This document shows positions 49,822 to 60,886 of a stretch of DNA of 64,000 bases, piece by piece; position 1 is the stretch's first letter, and every line of letters begins with the position of its first letter. The notes below the pieces were generated by a model, which was given only the letters and a program-made list of their open reading frames with translations, was not told the origin of the DNA and did not search any database. The position numbers and the translations under genes were made by a program. The DNA comes from Trueperaceae bacterium (lineage in GTDB: Bacteria > Deinococcota > Deinococci > Deinococcales > Trueperaceae), in assembly GCA_965214405.1 (NCBI GenBank), contig OZ243956.1:1984001-2048000 (forward strand). Direction: 5' to 3'.

Positions 49822-50556
49822 TTACTGCTCTTGCCCGTACAAAAGAAAACGCGCCGACACGGTCACGGTCACCGCCAACTGCCCGCCCGACACGGGAGCC
49901 TCGCCCATTGAGTCCGCCGTCGCCATTACGCCGCGGTTATAAAAGGGTTCGCCACCAGACCCGCTCTCGCTGATGCTCACCGCGGGACCCAAGGTTGCGC
50001 CTGCGAGCGAGGCGAGTTGCTGCGCTTTACTCTGCGCGTCCGTAAAGGCGAGTTCGCGCGCTTGGCGCTCGAGCGTGTCTGCATCAGAAAAGGTGTACTG
50101 GACGCCGTTGACCACGTTCGCCCCCGCGTCAACCGCGCTGCTCAACACCTCACCCGCCCGTCCAACCTCGCGCACCGTGACCTGCACGACGTTCGTCACG
50201 TGATAAAAGGGCGTGGCGGGTTCGCTACGCGGGCTCGAGTCGTACGCGTAGAGCTGTTCGCGCCAGATATTAAAGGTGAGCGTCCTGATATCCTTTGCGT
50301 CTACGCCCGCGGCAAGTAGCGCGTCCCTAACGCGCGTCATCGTCTCGTTTGCCTCGCTACTCGCCGCGTTCAAGTCTTCGTTGGTGACGTCGACGCCAAG
50401 CTCGAGCAGCGCCACATCCGGCTCGCCGTAGACGGTGCCGCTGCCGGAGACGGAGATGCGAAAATCGCCCGTATTCTGCGCTGTGTTTTGCGCTGTGGCG
50501 GCTCCCAACATCAACAATGTAAGGGTGAAAAGGCTTAGCCATTTGTACATTTTCAT
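49822..50556 (-). CDS. SIMPL/DUF541 exported protein
   Basis: Signal peptide; 'ISVSGSGTVYGEPDVA', 'DAQSKAQQLA'. Confidence 0.85.
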   Translation of the reverse strand: MKMYKWLSLFTLTLLMLGAATAQNTAQNTGDFRISVSGSGTVYGEPDVALLELGVDVTNEDLNAASSEANETMTRVRDALLAAGVDAKDIRTLTFNIWREQLYAYDSSPRSEPATPFYHVTNVVQVTVREVGRAGEVLSSAVDAGANVVNGVQYTFSDADTLERQARELAFTDAQSKAQQLASLAGATLGPAVSISESGSGGEPFYNRGVMATADSMGEAPVSGGQLAVTVTVSARFLLYGQEQ

Positions 50557-50666
50557 TTTGCTTCCTTTCTCAACTTCTTTATGGTGACGCGGCTCGAGCC
50601 TAGCGTCCTGGAATCCAGAATGGGTGAGAAGGGAGGAAAGCCGCGTTCATTCTGACGAACCCAAAC

Positions 50667-50690
50667 AAAAAAGCAGCCCGAAGGCTGCCT
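50667..50690 (-). terminator. Intrinsic terminator downstream of the VWA gene
   Basis: gcagcc-TTCG-ggctgc-TTTTTT on the minus strand. Confidence 0.8.
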
Positions 50691-50701
50691 CACATCACTT
50701 G

Positions 50702-50725
50702 AACAAGGGGTTGCAACCCCTTGTT
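50702..50725. repeat. Perfect 24-bp palindrome (REP-like)
   Basis: aacaaggggttgcaaccccttgtt. Confidence 0.8.
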
Positions 50726-50760
50726 TGTTTATGGCGCATCAGGGAGCTACTATCCGACGC

Positions 50761-52014
50761 TTAGTTAACCATCTTCGTGCGCCGCGACTGAAAGTCCATC
50801 AGCACGTAGCGCCCGATGGTGTGGGGCGTGGTGAAGTAGGCCTTGCCTTGCGTCATCGCCGACACGCGCTGCACAAAGGCCATGAGTTCGGGGTCGCGCG
50901 CCAGCATAAAGGTGTTGACCTGGATGCCCGCGCGGCGACAAGAGCCGACCTCGCGCAGCGTCTCGCCCAACACCACGGGGTCTAAACCGTAAGCGTTCTT
51001 GTAGACGCGCCCGTTGGGCAGGGTGATGGCCGAGGGCTTGCCGTCGGTAATCATCACGATTTGCTTCATGTCCTTGTTCTGCCGCTTGAGAAGCTTTTGG
51101 GCCAGCCGCAAGCCCTCGGCGGTGTTGGTGTGGTACGGCCCCACCTGCGCCTGCGCGAGCTTTTCCAGAGGAATTTCCTCAGCGGAATTGTGGAAGAGCA
51201 CGAACTTGATGGTGTCGCCGCGGTACTGGGTGCGGATAAGGTGCGCCAGCGCCAGCGCGACTTGCTTGGCGGGGGTGAAGCGGTCCTCGCCGTAAAGAAT
51301 CATCGAGTGCGAGCAGTCGAGCATGACCACCGTCGCCGCCGACGAATTGTACTCGGTCTGCATCACTTCCAGGTCGCCATAGTCGAGCGAGAGCTTACCG
51401 TCATCAAACCCGTGACCCGCCGCGTTCTTAAACGTTTCGGACACGTTGAGATTCATCGTGTCGCCAAACTCATAAGGCTTGGACTCGGCGCTGGCTTCGA
51501 CGCCCGTCGTCTGAAACTTGGTGTCGTGCGCGCCGATGCTCGACTTGCCCGCGCCGCCCAGCACATCTCGAAGCGTGCGGTATCCCAAAAAGTCAATCGC
51601 CTTGTTGGTGAGTTCGAATTTGGCCTTGCCGGGGTCCTGGTCGGGACCCATGCCGCCGCCCTGACCCGGCTGGTTGGGGTCGTTGCCCTCCTCGCCGCCC
51701 TGGGGCTTGAGGTAACCTTCTTGCTCGAGCCGCTGCGCCAACTCCTTGACCGTCTCGCCAAGTTCAGACTGCATCCAATCCTCGGCATTCATCGCGTTTT
51801 CGATCATCTCTTCGGAGACGAGTTCGTTGTTAATCAAGGCCTCGGCGATGGCGTCGTAGAGGTCTTGCATCGTCTGCTGATAGTTAGGGTCGGGGTCGTA
51901 GGGGTTACGCCCGAAGCCCGACTCTAAAATGCGGTCCTGAATCATCTTCATCAGTTCCGACATGTCCAAATCGTCTAGGGTGGATTCATATTTAGAATAG
52001 CGGGTGGTAGGCAT
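50761..52014 (-). CDS. VWA domain protein (AAA+ partner)
   Basis: MIDAS 'DCSHSM', 'HTN', 'ITDGKP'. Confidence 0.88.
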   Translation of the reverse strand: MPTTRYSKYESTLDDLDMSELMKMIQDRILESGFGRNPYDPDPNYQQTMQDLYDAIAEALINNELVSEEMIENAMNAEDWMQSELGETVKELAQRLEQEGYLKPQGGEEGNDPNQPGQGGGMGPDQDPGKAKFELTNKAIDFLGYRTLRDVLGGAGKSSIGAHDTKFQTTGVEASAESKPYEFGDTMNLNVSETFKNAAGHGFDDGKLSLDYGDLEVMQTEYNSSAATVVMLDCSHSMILYGEDRFTPAKQVALALAHLIRTQYRGDTIKFVLFHNSAEEIPLEKLAQAQVGPYHTNTAEGLRLAQKLLKRQNKDMKQIVMITDGKPSAITLPNGRVYKNAYGLDPVVLGETLREVGSCRRAGIQVNTFMLARDPELMAFVQRVSAMTQGKAYFTTPHTIGRYVLMDFQSRRTKMVN

Positions 52015-52141
52015 GGGCCTCCTAAAAAAGCTTTGAAAAGAGGCTAAAGTCGGAGGTCGCACATTTTGCATCCAACCTTTGACTTCGGATATGTGGCGGG
52101 GCGGGTATCATCCCTCTATAACGGGATGATACCCCCAGCCC

Positions 52142-53575
52142 TTAGTTCCAGCGTCTCCGGGTCACCTGATTCATGTCGGGCTCGGCGGCGGTATAACCGC
52201 GCTCCTCGCTGCGCGCGACCTGCTTGCGGGCGTAGAGGCCCTCCAACACAAACTCGGCGGCGGCGGCCAAGTCGTCGGCACCGCGGCCCTCGGCGAGCGC
52301 TTGCGCTGCGCCGCGCAAACCCGGAACCTTGAACAGGACCTCGGGAAGCTGTTCAGTCTTGAGCGTGTCGGGGACTTTGAGCGAGTTATCGTTCTCGAAA
52401 TAGTCCACCACGTCGCCCGTGTTGAGGTTGACGCCGCGACGCCCGAACACCTGGCCGATGGCGCGGCGCACGATGTCCTTGGCGACCGACTCGCCGCCCT
52501 TGAGTTCGCCTTCGTACTCGAGTTCCAACTTACCCGTGACCGCCGAAAGCCCCGCATAGAGGTCGGTCACGCGCACGATTGGGGTGCTTTCGCCCAAACT
52601 GTAGGCGCGCTGCTCGGCGTTGGAGACGACGTTTTCCATCAAAGAGATGGGCAAACGCTGCGAGACGCCGGAGTGCTTGTCTACGCGTGAATCGTCACGC
52701 GCCTGAAACGCCACTTCCTCGACGATTTCGGCCACATAAGAGGGGATTTTCACTTCGCCCTCGCGCTCCGCCCAGGCCTCTTGTTGGGTGATCGCCATGC
52801 CCTCTTCGACCGTCGTGGGGTAGTGCGTGCGGATTTCGGAACCGACGCGGTCTTTTAGAGGTGTGATGATTTTGCCGCGCGCTGTGTAGTCTTCGGGGTT
52901 GGCCGAGAACACGAGCATCACGTCAAGCTCGAGCCTGATGGGGTAGCCCTTAATCTGCACGTCGCCCTCTTGCATGATGTTAAACAGCGCGACTTGCACC
53001 TTGCCCGAGAGGTCGGGAAGCTCGTTCATCGAAAAGATGCCGCGGTTGGCTCTAGGCAGGAGGCCGTAGTGGACGCTTCTGGGGTCGCCCAACTGCGTGC
53101 CCAAGCGCGCCGCCTTGATGGGATCGATGTCGCCGATGATGTCGGCCACCGTCACGTCGGGCGTGGCGAGTTTTTCGACGTAGCGTGCCTCTCTGGGGAG
53201 CCAGTCAATCGGCGTGGCGTCGCCCTCCTCGGCCACCCGCTGCACCGCGTCGGCGCTCACGGGGTTGAAGGGGTCGTCGTTGAGTTCGCTGCCCGCGACG
53301 ATGGGAATTTCGTCATCCAATAATTCGGTCAGTTGACGTAAAATGCGCGTTTTGGCCTGACCCCGCAGGCCCAGCAAAATAAAATTATGGCGGCTCAGCA
53401 CCGCGTTGACGATTTGCGGCGTGACGCTTCCCTCGTAACCGACGATGCCCGGAAAGATAGGGCGGTTTTCCTTGAGACGGCAGATGAGGTTGTCGCGGAG
53501 TTCTTGCTTAACGGTGCGTCCCGCTTTGTTGGCCCAGGCGGTGGCGCGTAAATCACCCAGTGTCGTAGCTTTCAT
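52142..53575 (-). CDS. Mg-chelatase/MoxR-like AAA+ ATPase
   Basis: 'GLRGQAKT', '[14 protein letters not shown]', 'PLKDR'. Confidence 0.88.
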   Translation of the reverse strand: MKATTLGDLRATAWANKAGRTVKQELRDNLICRLKENRPIFPGIVGYEGSVTPQIVNAVLSRHNFILLGLRGQAKTRILRQLTELLDDEIPIVAGSELNDDPFNPVSADAVQRVAEEGDATPIDWLPREARYVEKLATPDVTVADIIGDIDPIKAARLGTQLGDPRSVHYGLLPRANRGIFSMNELPDLSGKVQVALFNIMQEGDVQIKGYPIRLELDVMLVFSANPEDYTARGKIITPLKDRVGSEIRTHYPTTVEEGMAITQQEAWAEREGEVKIPSYVAEIVEEVAFQARDDSRVDKHSGVSQRLPISLMENVVSNAEQRAYSLGESTPIVRVTDLYAGLSAVTGKLELEYEGELKGGESVAKDIVRRAIGQVFGRRGVNLNTGDVVDYFENDNSLKVPDTLKTEQLPEVLFKVPGLRGAAQALAEGRGADDLAAAAEFVLEGLYARKQVARSEERGYTAAEPDMNQVTRRRWN

Positions 53576-53728
53576 CCTTCTCCTTTGTGGCGTGTTTGGT
53601 GAGAGGCGAGGGTAACGTGAACGTGTATAGTTATGCTAGCACCAAAGGTAGCGGGGTTTATGTGTTTGGGCGCTGCATTCCTGCCGCATTCTTAACGCGC
53701 CGTTCAGCTTTCCATGTTCAGCGCGGTG

Positions 53729-54264
53729 TTACAAAAGCTGTTTTGGATACTGCCAGAGAATGAGTAAGCCTTCTTCGTCCTGACGTTCACCCGTGCGCTC
53801 GAATCCTACCTTCTCGAGCACCCGCAGGGACCCAAGATTATCAGACATTCCGCCACAACGTGTTCCACTCGAGGTTGCTTAGAGGCCCAAAGAATGAGCG
53901 CTTTCACCCCTTCCGTCGCGCAGCCGCGCCCCTCATAAGAGGCGTTAATCCCGTACCCGATTTCGACGCGACCCTTCTCGTCGGGCGGTTCCTTGAATCC
54001 CATCTGGCCCACCGCCACGCCCGTGGCGCGCTCGAGCACCATCACGCTCCAGTCGTCCGTTTCGGGATTCGCCTCGAGCGCGGCAACCGTTCGGGGAAAA
54101 AGAACGAGGGCGTCACCGGGCCATTCGGGAGGGAAGGTGACTTGTACACTTTTACCCTCTATGCTTAGAACATCGGTGAAGCTCTCCTGCTCGAGCCGCC
54201 TTTTCAGAACCCGCAGCGGGGTTTGAACGAGGGTGAGGCGTGGTGTCTGTAACGTTTTTGTCAT
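53729..54264 (-). pseudogene. RimJ/RimL-type GNAT acetyltransferase with a frameshift near 53842
   Basis: 'VEIGYGI...GRG.ATE'; the conserved 'DNLGSLRVLEKVGF' tail lies in a shifted frame. Confidence 0.8.
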
Positions 54265-54279
54265 AAAAAGCCAGTGTAC

Positions 54280-54412
54280 CCTCGCACGCGCGCTCCGTTG
54301 CCAAGTTGACGCCCGCGTTTGAGACGCCCTCGAGCTTTCCCAGCGTCCGCTCGACGCGCACGGAGCGGTTCGCGCAGGTCATGCCCCCGACGCTGGTTTG
54401 TATGTGCTTCAA
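54280..54412 (-). pseudogene. Truncated N-terminal HMA domain of a CopA-type P-type ATPase
   Basis: 'GMTCANRSVRVERTL...VNLATERA'; second Cys lost; no ATPase body follows. Confidence 0.7.
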
Positions 54413-54446
54413 GTTCAAACTCCGTTCTGGAGGTATCATCTTCTTG

Positions 54447-54616
54447 TACCCCACCCCTGGTGGGACCAATGGTTAAAGCACAACAAGTCTCTCAAGTTGC
54501 GTCAAGCAGATTAGATGCCGTGTTTAATGACTCAGCTTCAACCCACATATGTTCATAATAACTTGACGCAAAAGGCACTGCGCTCTATTGTGGTGCTTGC
54601 CCACCCCACCTGGGGT
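54447..54616. promoter_or_regulatory. Candidate CsoR operators (C-tract/G-tract palindromes)
   Basis: taccccacccctggtggga (54447) and accccacctggggt (54603). Confidence 0.55.
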
Positions 54617-54644
54617 GCAAAACCCACAAAGGATGGAGACCATT

Positions 54645-54869
54645 ATGGCCGAACGCAAAATAGAACTCAACGTTGAGGGGATGACCTGTGACCACTGCCA
54701 GAGCGCGGTCAAGGGGGCGCTCGAGAAGGTGCCGGGCGTCCGTAACGCGACGGTGGATTTGGAAAAGGGGCACGCTTTCGTCGAGGGCTCGGCGGACGTG
54801 CAAGTTCTCATTAGCGCCGTCGAGGACGAAGGCTACCGCGCCACGCTCGACACGCAGCGCGCGCTTTAG
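54645..54869 (+). CDS. copZ: Copper chaperone
   Basis: 'VEGMTCDHC', 'GY'. Confidence 0.9.
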   Translation: MAERKIELNVEGMTCDHCQSAVKGALEKVPGVRNATVDLEKGHAFVEGSADVQVLISAVEDEGYRATLDTQRAL

Positions 54870-54881
54870 ATAACGGGTCTA

Positions 54882-55202
54882 GTGGACGCCGCACCAGCCG
54901 CCACATCACTATCCACAACATGCTTGCACCTAGACCCCGACACGCGCCGCGACGCCATTTTGAGACTCAAGAGCGCCAAGGGACACTTGGAGGGCGTGTT
55001 GCGGATGCTCGAGGACGAGAGCGTCTACTGCGTGGACGTGCTCAAGCAAGTCAAGGCGGTGCAGGGCGCGCTGAGCAAAGTGGGCGATAAGGTCTTAAAA
55101 GCGCACATCCGCGACCACGTCGCTACCGCGGCGGGGCGCGGCGATACGGACAAGATAGTGGATGAACTGATGGAAGCATTGAAGTACCAGGCTCGAGTCT
55201 AA
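54882..55202 (+). CDS. csoR: CsoR-family metal-sensing repressor
   Basis: 'RLKSAKGHLEG', 'YCVDVLKQ', 'HIRDHV'. Confidence 0.88.
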   Translation: MDAAPAATSLSTTCLHLDPDTRRDAILRLKSAKGHLEGVLRMLEDESVYCVDVLKQVKAVQGALSKVGDKVLKAHIRDHVATAAGRGDTDKIVDELMEALKYQARV

Positions 55203-55247
55203 ACTCGAGCCTGCTCGTTTTTTAGGCTCTTCTCTACACCAGACGCT

Positions 55248-56096
55248 TTACGCCAAACCGTGCGCCGCCGCGCCCTCTTTCAAAAACTTTAGCCCCTCCC
55301 CCGCCAGCACCGCCGACGACTGGTTGGGAGGCCGCCACAAGCAGGTGGCCGCGGCCAAGTCGGGGTTGATGGCGGCAAAGGACTCCAATACTAAGCTTCC
55401 CCCAAACCCCGCATCTTTGAGCCCGCGCCAAACCTCATCCCACTTCACCGTGCCGCTGCCGACGAGCCCGCGGTGGCTCTCGCTCATGTGAACGTAGTCG
55501 AGCACGTCCGCCGTCTCTATAAAAGGGGTGTAAAAGCCCTCCTCCTCGATATTCATGTGATAGGTGTCGGCGTGGAGCTTGAGGTTGTCTGCGCCCACAG
55601 CCAGAATAGTGTCGCGGGTGTCGGCGAGCGTGTTGTAGAGGTAGGTCTCGTAACGGTTGCAGGCCTCGAGCGCCAGCGTAATCCCGCGCGCACGGGCGTC
55701 CTCCGCGACCTCGCCCAACACCCCAACCACCGTGTCCCGCTCCTCTTCAGTGGGCGGATATCCTGTGAGCGTCCCCAAAGAATAAGCGAGGCAGCCGCCC
55801 AAATAGGTGCTGCCCAGGGCCTCGACCTGCTCGAGCGCCCCCGTCAAAAACGCCTTGGCCTTTTCGGGATGCGCGGGCATGTGTACGTCTTTAGGCAGGA
55901 CGAGCGAACAAGTCGCGCCGATACCCACGTTTTGAAGCGCCTCGCGGTGCGCTTTCGCGTCGAAGCTTTTCGGTTTCAGGAGAGGGATTTCGATAAAGTC
56001 AAAGCCCGTCTCCCCCGCCTGCTCTATCGCGTGGTTTCCCGACGAGAGCGTCCAGTCACCAATCCAGACAAATGCGTGTGCGCCGTACCGTATCAA
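55248..56096 (-). CDS. Ketose 3-epimerase family protein (D-psicose/D-tagatose/L-ribulose 3-epimerase-like)
   Basis: 'E..NRYET', 'DTYHMNIEE', 'HMSESHRG', 'LESF'; promoter TTGACA-17-TAAGCT at 56171-56143. Confidence 0.85.
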   Translation of the reverse strand: MIRYGAHAFVWIGDWTLSSGNHAIEQAGETGFDFIEIPLLKPKSFDAKAHREALQNVGIGATCSLVLPKDVHMPAHPEKAKAFLTGALEQVEALGSTYLGGCLAYSLGTLTGYPPTEEERDTVVGVLGEVAEDARARGITLALEACNRYETYLYNTLADTRDTILAVGADNLKLHADTYHMNIEEEGFYTPFIETADVLDYVHMSESHRGLVGSGTVKWDEVWRGLKDAGFGGSLVLESFAAINPDLAAATCLWRPPNQSSAVLAGEGLKFLKEGAAAHGLA

Positions 56097-56229
56097 AGGA
56101 GCCTCCTACACTCTTCTTAGTTTTCCTTACGCGTGCTGCTCGAGCTTAGAACGGCGACAAATCTCTGTCAAGAAGCCCCACCAAGAAGTCCCTGTGTTAC
56201 AAACGGTTTATGCTGACAGTAGGAGGAAC

Positions 56230-56287
56230 AGTGGTGAGTGGCTAGTGGTTAGAAAAACTGACCCCTCGTCACTCACTACTCACCACT
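56230..56287. repeat. Heptamer-built hairpin element, copy 1
   Basis: agtggtg/agtggct arms, core ttagaaaaactga. Confidence 0.8.
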
Positions 56288-56288
56288 T

Positions 56289-57425
56289 ATGCCTGAAGTC
56301 GTCGTCGCTGGACACCTCTGCTTAGATATCATCCCCGCGCTCCCCGGTCCCGTTGCGCTTCGCCCCGGCACGCTGACCGAGGTGGGCGCGGCGAGCTTCG
56401 CGGCGGGGGGCGGGGTGTCCAACGTGGGCTTGAGCCTTCTCAAGCTGGGCGTCCGTACCAAGCTGATGGGCCGAATCGGGCGCGACGCGTTCGGGGAGAC
56501 TCTACGGGCGCTCCTCACGGCGCACGCGCCGGACGCCGCCGATACGCTCCAAACGGGCGAGGAAAGCACCTCCTACACGCTCGTGATAAGTCCGCCCGAC
56601 ACCGACCGCTCATTTTTGCACTATCCCGGTCCCAACGCCCTGTTCGCCCCTTCCGATATTGACTTAAAAGTGGTCGAGGCGGCCAAAATTTTCTACTTCG
56701 GCTATCCGCCCCTGATGAAACGTTTTTACGAGGATGGGGGCGAGGGTTTGGCAAAATTATTCGAAAAAGTAAAAGCATCGGGCGTCACCACCGCGCTCGA
56801 CATGACGCTGCCCGACCCCAAAGCAGCCTCGGGGCGGGTGGACTGGGGGGCGTTCTTGGCGCGGGTGTTGCCGTTTGTGGATGTTTTTTTGCCCAGCTTA
56901 GACGAGACGCTGTTTATGCTCGAGCCCACACATTTCCTAAAACCCCTCGAGCCCATGCCTGCCCCCTTTCTTGGCGACTTAGCTAAGCGGGTGCTGGAGC
57001 TCGGCGCGGGCGTGGTGGGGTTTAAGCTGGGTGAAGACGGTTTTTACATTAGGACGGGGGACGAAGCGCGGCTTTCTAAGTTGGGCCATGTAGCGCCTAC
57101 ACCAGAAAGCTGGGCGAACCGCGAGCTTTGGTCACCCGTGTTCGAAACGACGCCAAAAGGCACCGTCGGCGCGGGCGACGCGACCTTTGCGGGGTTTCTC
57201 GCGGCGCTGCTGCGCGGTTCGGGACCCGAGGAGGCGACCACGATGGCGACCGCGGTGGGCGCGTGCAGCGTCGAGGCGGCGGACGCGACGAGCGGCGTAC
57301 AGACCTGGGTGGAGACCGTGACGCGTGTTAAGAACTGGCCCCGCGCATCCCACCGAGCCCTCGAGGGTTGGGAACGGGGCGCTCACGGCGTGTATCTTGG
57401 CAAGGGGGACGGCTCGAGCCTCTAA
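56289..57425 (+). CDS. PfkB-family carbohydrate kinase
   Basis: 'GGGVSNVG', 'GTVGAGDATFAGF'. Confidence 0.9.
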   Translation: MPEVVVAGHLCLDIIPALPGPVALRPGTLTEVGAASFAAGGGVSNVGLSLLKLGVRTKLMGRIGRDAFGETLRALLTAHAPDAADTLQTGEESTSYTLVISPPDTDRSFLHYPGPNALFAPSDIDLKVVEAAKIFYFGYPPLMKRFYEDGGEGLAKLFEKVKASGVTTALDMTLPDPKAASGRVDWGAFLARVLPFVDVFLPSLDETLFMLEPTHFLKPLEPMPAPFLGDLAKRVLELGAGVVGFKLGEDGFYIRTGDEARLSKLGHVAPTPESWANRELWSPVFETTPKGTVGAGDATFAGFLAALLRGSGPEEATTMATAVGACSVEAADATSGVQTWVETVTRVKNWPRASHRALEGWERGAHGVYLGKGDGSSL

Positions 57426-57435
57426 AGGAGACCAC

Positions 57436-58032
57436 ATGGAACCCATCACGCTACCTACACTTCCCGCACCCTTAACCTGGCTCGGCGACCCCGCCGACTG
57501 GCGCGTGGACGGTGCAGAGCTCACGCTGACGGCGGGCCGAGAAACCGACCTTTTTTGTGACCCAGGCGGCAAACCCCCACGCCGGGACGCGCCCGCGCTC
57601 CTCTTCGGAACGGAGGGAGATTTCGTGCTGAGCGCGAAGGTAGCAGTTGACTTTAAGGCCACCTTTGACGCGGGTGTGCTCCTCATTTTTGAGGACGACT
57701 CGAGCTGGGCCAAGCTCTGTTTTGAGCGTTCCCCGCAGGGAGAGCCGACCATCGTCTCGGTCGTGACCAAAACGTTGTCAGACGACGCCAACGCCATGAC
57801 GAAACCCGGCCCCGTCTACCTCCGCGTCGCCCGGTTGGGCCGGGCCTACGCGTTTCACGCGTCGGACACGGGGGAGCAGTGGGAACTCATCCGCCACTTC
57901 TCACTTTCGGCGAGCGCAAACCCCAGCGTGGGCTTTTTGGCGCAGTCGCCCACGGGTGAGGGCTGCACCGCGACCTTTTCGGACGTGAATTTTCAAAGGA
58001 GAACGTTAGAGGACATCCGCTCCGGTGAGTAG
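57436..58032 (+). CDS. DUF1349 (concanavalin-like) protein
   Basis: 'TDLF.DP', 'FDAGVL', 'WAKLCFE.SP', 'SVVT..SDD'. Confidence 0.75.
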   Translation: MEPITLPTLPAPLTWLGDPADWRVDGAELTLTAGRETDLFCDPGGKPPRRDAPALLFGTEGDFVLSAKVAVDFKATFDAGVLLIFEDDSSWAKLCFERSPQGEPTIVSVVTKTLSDDANAMTKPGPVYLRVARLGRAYAFHASDTGEQWELIRHFSLSASANPSVGFLAQSPTGEGCTATFSDVNFQRRTLEDIRSGE

Positions 58033-58217
58033 GCGTTCCCGCAGACCCAGACCAAAAAGCTTTCTCGGCTCGAGCAACAAGAAGCGCAAAAAAGAGTTTT
58101 TGACCCTACTCTCCACTTTTAACTCGGTACTTCTACGCTCTAGGCAATTAAGCCTCTGCAAAACGCACCTTCGTGAGCCCCTTGGTGTACCCCAGCTTTT
58201 AGGGTACAGTAGGAGCC

Positions 58218-58830
58218 ATGAAACCCCGTCCTCTCTCCCCCCAACAGGCCAAAATCCTCCGCAAGTTGCAGCGGGTGAGGCGGCAGGGCGAGCTTCCGCA
58301 GCTTTCGGAGTTAGCTCGAGACTTAGGTCTCCACTACACCACCCTGCGCCAGCACCTAGAGGCGCTCGCCACAAAGGGTTACGTGAGGTTCCAGAGCCGC
58401 GGAACAGGACGCTCGCCGCAGCTCGAGCTTTTGGGCTTCCGTACCGGCGTGCCCGTCGTCGGCGACATCCCGGCGGGCGCGCTGAGCGAGGCCATCGAAT
58501 CAGCCGACGGCTACCTGGCGCTCTCGGGTGACGCGGGCTATTTCGCGCTCCAGGTGCGCGGCGACTCGATGGCCGACCTTATTCAGGATGGCGACCTGGT
58601 GCTTTTGGACAAAGACGCCCCACCCCGCCCCGGCGAAATCTGCGCGGTGCGGCTCGAGGACGACGTGACCCTGAAGTATCTCGAGTGGTCGGAGAGCGCC
58701 CCCCAATGGCGCGTGCTGCGCCCGCACAACCCGTTTTTCCCGACGATGCAAGTCGAGGCCAAAAGCGTCCACGTCGAGGGCGTCTACCGCGGCCTGCTGC
58801 GCGGCAGCGTGATTCAGACGCTTCTCAAAT

Positions 58831-58832
<2 letters not shown>
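58218..58832 (+). CDS. LexA-like repressor (winged HTH + S24 peptidase)
   Basis: Cleavage site 'IPAG', Ser 'GDSM', Lys 'VTLK'. Confidence 0.85.
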
Positions 58833-60023
<1,191 letters not shown>

Positions 60024-60027
60024 AGGG

Positions 60028-60831
60028 GTGGAGGGGCGCGCGTCGTTCCTGTGGTCAGGTAGTCAAGAAGCGTTTCTTGGCGAACCTTCCGTTGTTTCTC
60101 TTCACGACGTCGTGATAGGTCGCTACGGCGGGAACCGGGCGGCGGGCGCGCATAAAAACGAGGACGCCGCGCTCGTCTGGCGCGACCCCGAACAGGATTG
60201 GACGTTCGCCGCGCTTCTCGACGCGCACGCCGGGAGTGAGAGCGCGGAGGCGGTGCTCGAGCTTATCCAGAGTCAAGAAACCCAACTGCTGGACCTTTTG
60301 GCTCAACCCATAGAAACCGCGTTTAGCGAAATTCAAGAGATGCTGCTAAAAGCCCTCTCCTCCCCCGCTTTCAAAAAGGCATGTAGGAGAATAGCGGGTG
60401 AAACAGCCCTGCTCGTCTGCGTGCAAAAGGGCGGTTTCGTGTGGTGGCTGTCCGTCGGCGACTGCGTGCTCTACCTCCTGCACCCCGACCTCATCAAGCT
60501 CGGCCAATACGCGCTCAACCAGCGGCAGTTTTTCGAGTGGGTGGGGCGGGTGAATACGTTCAGCCTTCCCGTACCCGCTTACACCACGGGCGTGCGCGAA
60601 CTCAGAGGCGGGCTCAACCATCTCCTCCTCGTCACCGATGGACTATTAGAGTTTGGCGCGCGGCCTTTTGAGGAGGCTCGAGCCCTCGCCGACATCATCA
60701 TGGGTAACGGCGCTGAAAAGGCTATCAGAACACTACTCGAGCGCGTTCATGAGGATAAAGGGCGGGACAGCGCGACCCTCCTTCACTGGAGATTTCACAA
60801 CGCCTCGAGTGTCGCTTATCCTTCGCGTTGA
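60028..60831 (+). CDS. PP2C-like phosphatase domain protein
   Basis: 'KNEDA', 'LDAH', 'SVGDC', 'TDGL', 'RDSAT'. Confidence 0.8.
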   Translation: MEGRASFLWSGSQEAFLGEPSVVSLHDVVIGRYGGNRAAGAHKNEDAALVWRDPEQDWTFAALLDAHAGSESAEAVLELIQSQETQLLDLLAQPIETAFSEIQEMLLKALSSPAFKKACRRIAGETALLVCVQKGGFVWWLSVGDCVLYLLHPDLIKLGQYALNQRQFFEWVGRVNTFSLPVPAYTTGVRELRGGLNHLLLVTDGLLEFGARPFEEARALADIIMGNGAEKAIRTLLERVHEDKGRDSATLLHWRFHNASSVAYPSR

Positions 60832-60886
60832 GGCTCGAGCCTACGTCACGCCGAACGATTTGAATAAGGCGCGGCTATACCACCCC

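Noticed and set aside
52063..52100. Left-arm-like match ttttgcatccaac to the island motif
   Set aside because: No spacer or right arm; shows that half-site matches can arise by chance
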